Shown here one piece after another: positions 1 through 6,542 of a stretch of DNA of 16,962 nucleotides. A program made the translations under genes and the position numbers. The DNA is from Paraphysomonas bandaiensis. Lineage: Eukaryota; Protista; Chrysophyceae. Below the pieces are notes generated by a model. That model had not been told where the DNA came from, did not search any database, and saw only the letters and a list, made by a program, of their open reading frames with translations. Position 1 is the stretch's first letter. Each line of letters opens with the position of its first letter. The stretch covers positions 1 through 16,962 of the forward strand of contig CBFFRP010000387.1 in NCBI GenBank assembly GCA_965644295.1. Direction: 5' to 3'.

Positions 1-554
1 ACTGGTAGTAGGTAGTAGGTAGGGGTTGTCCAGGAGGGAGGCCTCGGTAGCCTACTGGGTGATGTCAAGAAGCTCACGGAAGAATACATTACAGCATCCT
101 CTGGGTCATTAGGGTCAAGCAAGGGATGAGTACTGGGGCTCTCCTGACTGGTAGTAGGTAGTAGGTAGGGGTTGTCCAGGAGGGAGGCCTCGGTAGCCTA
201 CTGGGTGATGTCAAGAAGCTCACGGAAGAATACATTACAGCATCCTCTGGGTCATTAGGGTCAAGCAAGGGATGAGTACTGGGGCTCTCCTGACTGGTAG
301 TAGGTAGTAGGTAGGGGTTGTCCAGGAGGGAGGCCTCGGTAGCCTACTGGGTGATGTCAAGAAGCTCACGGAAGAATACATTACAGCATCCTCTGGGTCA
401 TTAGGGTCAAGCAAGGGATGAGTACCGGGGCTCTCCTGACTGGTAGTAGGTAGTAGGTAGGGGTTGTCCAGGAGGGAGGCCTCGGTAGCCTACTGGGTGA
501 TGTCAAGAAGCTCACGGAAGAATACATTACAGCATCCTCTGGGTCATTAGGGTC
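1..554. repeat. 146-bp tandem repeat (satellite), about 3.8 copies visible, probably continuing left of the window
   Basis: Units begin ACTGGTAGTAGGTAGTAGG at 1, 147, 293 and 439. Copies look identical except T>C at 426. The fourth copy is cut at 554 by the Copia LTR. Confidence 0.97.
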
Positions 555-847
555 TAACAGAAGTTGACATTATTTGCTAAGGTTTACTATTCTCAACTGA
601 TAAGATGAAATTATAAACATTACATGATAAAGAACCTAAGTTGTGTTCGATGTGTTCAACACCATTCATTTACTACTATAGTGTACAAACCACACACTCA
701 GTGATCGTATCCTGTATAGTCATCCACTTCTACTTCAGTTTCATACTACATAATATAATGTACTAATTACATATATATCTTTCGATCCTTGCATCTCACA
801 TAATACTGCACTCAATTGCAAGTATATAGAATCTTCAGATCTCAACA
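555..847 (-). repeat. 3' LTR (293 bp)
   Basis: No difference found by eye versus 5554-5846. The minus strand reads TGTTGAG...CTGTTA. Confidence 0.97.
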
Positions 848-856
848 CTCCCCCTC
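848..856 (-). promoter_or_regulatory. Polypurine tract
   Basis: Minus-strand GAGGGGGAG abuts the TG of the 3' LTR. Confidence 0.9.
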
Positions 857-972
857 AATTGAGTGTTGTACTTATGACGCCTCCCAGCTATTGAATGCCT
901 GAGATAAAAAAATTCTTGACAGTAAAATAGACTCATCTCTAAGTCTAAACCTCTGTCTAAAAAACTCAGTAC

Positions 973-2784
973 CTACTTGCGTCTTCTTTTATCCCTTGGT
1001 CCCTCATTAATCACTTCAGTGGAACTCTTAACTTTCTCTCCGAGATTTCTCTTTCTCTGCTCCATATATGATAAACCAACCAATGACTTTGTATAAATAT
1101 CTGCTGCTTGTTGCGATGTATGCACATGCACTAACTTAATCGTATTGAACTGATTGGGATCCACGTGCTCTCTCACCATGTGATACTTAATCTCAATGTG
1201 CTTCGACTTCTTGTGAAACACTGGGTTTTCGGCCAAATCCTGGGCACTCTGACTGTCGATGAAGAATGGTGTGGGTTTGATGAGCCTCAACTTAATCTCA
1301 CCCGTCACCCCCCGAACCCATAGCACTTCTTGGAGACCCGAGTAAATACACTGATACTCAGACTGCATGCTTGACGTTGCCACTGTCGTCTGCAGTTTGG
1401 ACTGCCAGACTATAGGCCCTCCCGCTGCAAACCCAACGTACCCCGACGTGGACTTCCTGGAGAGCTGATCTCCCGCCCAATCCGCGTCAGTAAACATATG
1501 GAAGTCGAACCGTCTACTCCCATATTGAATCCCTTTGTCAATAGAACCACGAATATATTGCCATACATGTGTTAATAGCTTGCATACTTCAATATTCACC
1601 TTATTACTGAACCGAGACAGTACTCCCACTGCATAGGCTATATCCGGCCTCGTGTTCATCGATAGATATAGTAATGCACCTATCAGCGGCCGATATGGGA
1701 AGTTATCTACTATAAGCTGTTCCTCCTCGGTATGCTCATGCCGCGCCCCTTTTGCCACTAGATCCATTGCTTCCGCCGGTAGAGGACTCTTCCGTACCTT
1801 TCGCGGTGACCCAAGATACTTTTCAAACTTTTCTAAGATCTTAGCCGCATATACTGATTGGTCAAGACGAATATACTCTGGCGTTCTTGTGACTCGAACA
1901 TTCAGAAAATGTTCCATCTCGCCCATATCCTTCATATCAAACCGGGCACACAGTTGAGCTTTAATATCCTTCACTATGTTGACATCACGACCTAACACTA
2001 GGATATCATCCACATATATCGTTAATAATATCAATTCATCGCCCTTATACTGATAATACAAACACGGGTCTAATACACATGGTTTAAAATGCATAGATCG
2101 TATGAATTTATCCAATGTTTTCCACCACGACCGCGGGGAACTCCGAAGCCCGTATAACGACTTCTTCAGCTTAAAGCAGTACCCCTCAGGCAGCTGAAAG
2201 TCCGGAGTTGCCTTCATATATACGTCCCCCTCTATATCTGCATATAGAAATGCGTTAGACACATCCAGTTGATGAATTACCATGTTCATCACGAAAGCTA
2301 TGGCGATTAACAGTCGCACTGTTACCCCCTTAACAACGGGTGCGAAATGGTTCGCCCAACCACTCGACTGCTGTCCACAACCGATTGCTACAAGACGAGC
2401 CTTATATCGGCGGACCTCTCCCTCCTTATCGTACTTCTTTCCATAGACGTACTTGGAGTGCAGTGGGACGACTCCGTCCGGTATACGAGTCACCTCCATG
2501 GTATCTCGCTTCGCCAAACCCTCTCGCTCTACACGGCGAGCTCGTCTCCACTCCCTGTGCTCGGCACTCTCCAAGGACTCACGATGTGTCTGAGGCACTG
2601 TCGACTCTTCCGCTGACATCCACACTGAGTCTGCCTCCTGTAAAAGGTCACTCACATCACTCTCATCACTCAAATGATGGATTTGTCCTAACACCGACAC
2701 ATTCGTTACCGTCCTTGGAGTTCTTGCGCGTTTGCCGTGCGGATGATTCTCGGCAGGGGTCCCTTCCCCGAAGGTAATGCTGAG
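973..2784 (-). CDS. pol: Copia polyprotein part 3: linker, reverse transcriptase (RVT_2 type) and RNase H
   Basis: RYKARLVA, HQLDVSNAFL, LKKSLYGLRSSPRSW, IYVDD, TRPDIAYAV, FTDADWAG, KSKHIEIKYH, AADIYTK. The frame is open upstream of the listed GTG (2700) to a TGA at 2787-2785 and includes basic linker GKRARTPR. Confidence 0.95.
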   Translation of the reverse strand, partial: LSITFGEGTPAENHPHGKRARTPRTVTNVSVLGQIHHLSDESDVSDLLQEADSVWMSAEESTVPQTHRESLESAEHREWRRARRVEREGLAKRDTMEVTRIPDGVVPLHSKYVYGKKYDKEGEVRRYKARLVAIGCGQQSSGWANHFAPVVKGVTVRLLIAIAFVMNMVIHQLDVSNAFLYADIEGDVYMKATPDFQLPEGYCFKLKKSLYGLRSSPRSWWKTLDKFIRSMHFKPCVLDPCLYYQYKGDELILLTIYVDDILVLGRDVNIVKDIKAQLCARFDMKDMGEMEHFLNVRVTRTPEYIRLDQSVYAAKILEKFEKYLGSPRKVRKSPLPAEAMDLVAKGARHEHTEEEQLIVDNFPYRPLIGALLYLSMNTRPDIAYAVGVLSRFSNKVNIEVCKLLTHVWQYIRGSIDKGIQYGSRRFDFHMFTDADWAGDQLSRKSTSGYVGFAAGGPIVWQSKLQTTVATSSMQSEYQCIYSGLQEVLWVRGVTGEIKLRLIKPTPFFIDSQSAQDLAENPVFHKKSKHIEIKYHMVREHVDPNQFNTIKLVHVHTSQQAADIYTKSLVGLSYMEQRKRNLGEKVKSSTEVINEGPRDKRRRK

Positions 2785-3365
2785 TCAGCCTGGGGCTGCA
2801 CCTGCCCACTTTCCGACTGCTGTGGCACCACTCCGCTGATACCGCCGTCACGGTTGTCAGTAACTCTGGCCCTAACCACCCTCTGCGCAAGATCCTCTGT
2901 CATCTTCTTGATGTCAGCAATATGAATAGGAGTTTTATCCTCCACTTGAACCTGGTTACCAGTAACCAACGACCGGTATCCCACAATAAGTCCCTTCCTT
3001 ATCACCACTCTGTTAGTCTTGTATAGCAGACCACCATCCTCATGGTGCTTTCCGATAAGATACTCAAACTCACCCGGTTGACGAGCCTCGGGATCTATAG
3101 CCACTTGAGCCTCCTCCAGCTCTCTATAATAATCCTGAGACCTCTCAGGTACCGATTCATCAAATAATACATGTACAGAGTGTACTACGGTGTCCCCCAC
3201 TAGCACCTTGTATCCTTTTCGATCAGCTGGATACCCTATGAAATAACCTGTCATTGCTTTGTCCTCCCAGTCCTTCCTCCTGTCGGCCTTGGGTGTTAGC
3301 ACATATGCTTTGCACCCCCATTTCCGTAGCCACGATAGGCTGGGAACGCTCCCCCTGGGACACAC
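2706..3365 (-). CDS. pol: Copia polyprotein part 2: integrase C-terminal SH3-like (GKGY) region plus an extra domain; frameshifted continuation rather than a separate gene
   Basis: PSLSWLRKWGCKAYV, GYFIGY...KGYKV and VHVLFDE are the motifs that normally follow SPYE in Copia integrases. The ORF caller's start is GTG, immediately after an in-frame TGA (3368-3366). Confidence 0.9.
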   Translation of the reverse strand: MCPRGSVPSLSWLRKWGCKAYVLTPKADRRKDWEDKAMTGYFIGYPADRKGYKVLVGDTVVHSVHVLFDESVPERSQDYYRELEEAQVAIDPEARQPGEFEYLIGKHHEDGGLLYKTNRVVIRKGLIVGYRSLVTGNQVQVEDKTPIHIADIKKMTEDLAQRVVRARVTDNRDGGISGVVPQQSESGQVQPQADSALPSGKGPLPRIIRTANAQELQGR

Positions 3366-5569
3366 TCATATGGAGACATCCATCCTTGCCACGTCCGAGT
3401 TGGCATTCGTCGCACAATGTAACATGCAGTTTGATAAGCATCAAACCAGAACGACTTTGGAAGTCCAGATGCCGTCAACATCGTCAGTGTCATCTCCCCA
3501 ATTGTTCGGAATTTCCTCTCAGACACCGCGTTGAGCTCTGGCGTGTCTCGTGTTGTATGTGACACCCGAGTCCCATATCGCTGCAACAGATACTCTCTTA
3601 TCTGCTGACTAATAAGTTCGGATCCTCCATCGGCATGATACTCCACTATACGGTTCCACCCCTCGTACTTCACTAAGTGGACCTCGCACAAGTGTCGTAG
3701 ACATTTGAACACCTCCTCTCCGCTTCGAGTCCTCAATCCATATTCCCATATCATCTTTGTTGCTAAGTCCGTAAATAGGAGCACGTACTTATACCCTTGT
3801 CTGGATTCACAATTGAGATAGACGGAGATGTCCGCTGTTACTCTTTCCAGGAACCTGACTGCGCTTAGCTCTTCGTTGTCCCGTGATTTGAACGAATGCC
3901 TGGTTATCTTCGCCTTGGCACACCATTTACACAGGGGTTTCTTGCAACTCTTCTCCTTTGCCTTCGAAAGGTGATGTCGTTGTAGTCCTGATCCTCTGAA
4001 TAACATGTGTCGGTGAGCTTCTATTAACTTCGATTTCGAGACATGTCCAGTACGCTCATGTAAGCGATCCAACGCATCTTGTCCTGTATTATCCGACAAA
4101 TTTACCTCCTCCATCTGATTGCACATAGACACATTTGGCAGATTTAACACCTCCATCAAGTCCACATACGGCATTCCTCCATGCTCATCGTACTCTCCAG
4201 TCAACACCTCGTTTCCAGAGTCCAATTCCACGATTTTAGGCTTTCGAAGCAGTTGTAATCCGTATCCCATTGATCTCAGCATCCCTCCTGACACAATGTT
4301 CTTCACCGCTTCTTCACTAACTCTGATGTCTCTCCATTCCCCGAATGTACCAGTTCCCTGTGTCTCCAATTGAGAACCCTTTCTAGTTAGTTGGATTGCC
4401 CCAAACTCAGGAGTAAATGACTCCAGTGCAATTTTATCCTTTACTATAAACAGTCTTTTACTTGCACAACTGTCCAGATATACACGAGGTTCTTCCGACG
4501 TATCCACCGATAGCAAAACCTCTTCTCCAAACATATTCGCTTCATCATCCGACGACTCTCCGTCGTTGACGTATTTCTTCCATTCTGTCTCGAATTTCCT
4601 GTTCGATTTTCGAGGATTCTCATTATCCGGGTTTTTTATGTTCTTCCGTTTTTTCGACTTGCACTGTCGGGCTTTGTGACTAAAATCTCCACAGATATGA
4701 CAACCAGTATAATCCTTTGATCCTGGCTGCTGCACACTCTTCGAAGCCTTTTCCTTTGTCTTCCCTTTTCTTTTGAACTTGTCCATTTTTCTTTGTCGTT
4801 CCTTAGCATAACAATTCGCTGCTACATGTCCCTTCTTCCGACAAAATGAACAAACCACTGGCTCCTTCGACGCCGTAAAATTGATCTCTTCAGATTTGTC
4901 TCCCTTTAGTTTCTTCAGCTGCGTCATAGCCTCGTCATACTCTTCACAAGCCTCTTTCACCGAATCAAATGTAGTTGTTGCTTTAGGCATCATCGCTACC
5001 GACATCCATAAATCATGTAATTCCTCTATCTGCAGCGCTGCTTTTATCTTTGCTAATTTACTTGCCTCTGTCTGCGGTTGTCCCAATTTTATGAGCTTCT
5101 GGATTATACCGTTCAGTCGATCTACCCCAACAGACACCTTTTCCCCCGGCCTTATTTTGAACGAATGGTATTCTGCCGTAGTCTTCTCCAATACAGTCCC
5201 AATCTCGCCTCTGAACCTATCAACCAGTGTCTGAAGGAGCTCACTGGATAACACCTCCTTAGCAGGATCATCAGCAGGTAAAATTGCCTTCCCCTCCAAA
5301 TATTGATTGGCTACCTCCAACACATCAGGGTCATGCTCGCAAGCCTCCCAAATAGTACTAACACAGGTATCATTACGCTCTCTCCATGACTCTAAATTCC
5401 TTCCTCCGGCTGGCGGGTCCTCCAAGCCAAGATGGTTTCGGTTTTTCTTCATTAGATGCATCTTGATTTTTCTCGCTGAATAGTCTGCTTGGTTCTTGTC
5501 AAACCGTAGCTTCTTGTCATCTTCCCCATCCCTACAACTAGCATTCGCTACCATAACAGAAGTTGACAT
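3296..5569 (-). CDS. gag-pol: Copia polyprotein part 1: Gag (two CCHC knuckles), aspartic protease, integrase HHCC and DDE core; real frame likely ends near 3355
   Basis: CSFCRKKGHVAANC and CHICGDFSHKARQC; YLDSCAS protease motif; HERTGH...CKWC; VTADIS / HADGG / NAVSERK catalytic triad; SGLPKSFW and SPYE. Confidence 0.95.
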   Translation of the reverse strand: MSTSVMVANASCRDGEDDKKLRFDKNQADYSARKIKMHLMKKNRNHLGLEDPPAGGRNLESWRERNDTCVSTIWEACEHDPDVLEVANQYLEGKAILPADDPAKEVLSSELLQTLVDRFRGEIGTVLEKTTAEYHSFKIRPGEKVSVGVDRLNGIIQKLIKLGQPQTEASKLAKIKAALQIEELHDLWMSVAMMPKATTTFDSVKEACEEYDEAMTQLKKLKGDKSEEINFTASKEPVVCSFCRKKGHVAANCYAKERQRKMDKFKRKGKTKEKASKSVQQPGSKDYTGCHICGDFSHKARQCKSKKRKNIKNPDNENPRKSNRKFETEWKKYVNDGESSDDEANMFGEEVLLSVDTSEEPRVYLDSCASKRLFIVKDKIALESFTPEFGAIQLTRKGSQLETQGTGTFGEWRDIRVSEEAVKNIVSGGMLRSMGYGLQLLRKPKIVELDSGNEVLTGEYDEHGGMPYVDLMEVLNLPNVSMCNQMEEVNLSDNTGQDALDRLHERTGHVSKSKLIEAHRHMLFRGSGLQRHHLSKAKEKSCKKPLCKWCAKAKITRHSFKSRDNEELSAVRFLERVTADISVYLNCESRQGYKYVLLFTDLATKMIWEYGLRTRSGEEVFKCLRHLCEVHLVKYEGWNRIVEYHADGGSELISQQIREYLLQRYGTRVSHTTRDTPELNAVSERKFRTIGEMTLTMLTASGLPKSFWFDAYQTACYIVRRMPTRTWQGWMSPYECVPGGAFPAYRGYGNGGAKHMC
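5541..5553 (-). promoter_or_regulatory. Primer binding site, probably for initiator tRNA-Met
   Basis: TGGTAGCGAATGC directly after the 5' LTR. TGGTAGC is complementary to the GCUACCA 3' end of many eukaryotic initiator tRNAs. The full length of pairing cannot be verified without the host tRNA. Confidence 0.8.
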
Positions 5570-5846
5570 TATTTGCTAAGGTTTACTATTCTCAACTGAT
5601 AAGATGAAATTATAAACATTACATGATAAAGAACCTAAGTTGTGTTCGATGTGTTCAACACCATTCATTTACTACTATAGTGTACAAACCACACACTCAG
5701 TGATCGTATCCTGTATAGTCATCCACTTCTACTTCAGTTTCATACTACATAATATAATGTACTAATTACATATATATCTTTCGATCCTTGCATCTCACAT
5801 AATACTGCACTCAATTGCAAGTATATAGAATCTTCAGATCTCAACA
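5554..5846 (-). repeat. 5' LTR (293 bp)
   Basis: Direct repeat of 555-847, followed immediately on the minus strand by TGGTAGCGAATGC. Confidence 0.97.
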
Positions 5847-5884
5847 GGGTCAAGCAATGGTCTCCTGACTGGTGATGTCAAGAT
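5847..5884. repeat. Degenerate remnant of the 146-bp satellite unit on the far side of the retrotransposon
   Basis: GGGTCAAGCAA, TCTCCTGACTGG and GTGATGTCAAGA are three blocks of the unit in the correct order with the intervening sequence missing. Confidence 0.85.
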
Positions 5885-6542
5885 ACGCTTTGTGGCATCC
5901 TTTAACGAGTGGACGGCGTACTTATATTTCTCTTTGGGGACCCTCTGTTGATATGTATATACAGTGTAGTACATGTGAGTACAAGGACCTTTTCTTCATT
6001 AATGTGTGGGTTATATTGTCCTTTTGTATTCAGTATACATACATGCAACTGTATTTCTGCATTTTGTGTGCTTGTGGTATAAGGCAATATCAAGCCACAA
6101 GTTGATAGTAAACGATAGTGTTTTTAAGTTGTTTTATCAGAGGTTATCTGTGATAATAATGACTTGTATCACTAACTATATCACAGACTATACCTACACC
6201 AATCTACTGTACATCTTGGACTGTGCATACACTACGTCGTATTGTCATCATATATCGTATACTAGTATACTCTAGTATGCAGCTGTCATACTGTAGCTTG
6301 CTGTCCACACCACACTGCATATAGCCGTATACCGTATACTATATCACACCAAGCTTTCACTCCAATGACAGACAATCTCCTATACGGGGATGACAACAAG
6401 ATATAAATCTTATTTGAGATAACATAAATTGGTGATATGATTATAATTTATAATCTCAGTATAATAGAGGGAAAGTCTTGTCCAGTGATGTCAATTTCTA
6501 ACACAACATACCTAGAAAAAAAATCGAAAAGAACATCACTAA

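Larger units (their letters stand above)
555..5846 (-). mobile_element. Full-length Ty1/Copia LTR retrotransposon, 5,292 bp
   Basis: Two 293-bp direct-repeat LTRs, 5-bp TSD GGGTC (550-554 and 5847-5851), PBS next to the 5' LTR and PPT next to the 3' LTR. Domain order gag-PR-IN-RT-RH is diagnostic of Copia. Confidence 0.98.

Noticed and set aside
1-554. CRISPR array, telomere, 5S rRNA or hammerhead ribozyme interpretation of the tandem repeat
   Set aside because: There are no variable spacers, only one TTAGGG per unit, and no CUGANGA/GAAA hammerhead core or 5S-like sequence was recognised.
1652-5234. Plus-strand and alternate-frame short ORFs within the retrotransposon
   Set aside because: Antisense or off-frame shadows of gag-pol with no motifs.
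6257-6270. 14-bp palindrome GTATACTAGTATAC
   Set aside because: Lies in TA-rich low-complexity sequence, with no supporting structure.
5872-6275. Short ORFs right of the 5' LTR
   Set aside because: AT-rich, Tyr/Ile/Cys-biased translations typical of non-coding DNA.
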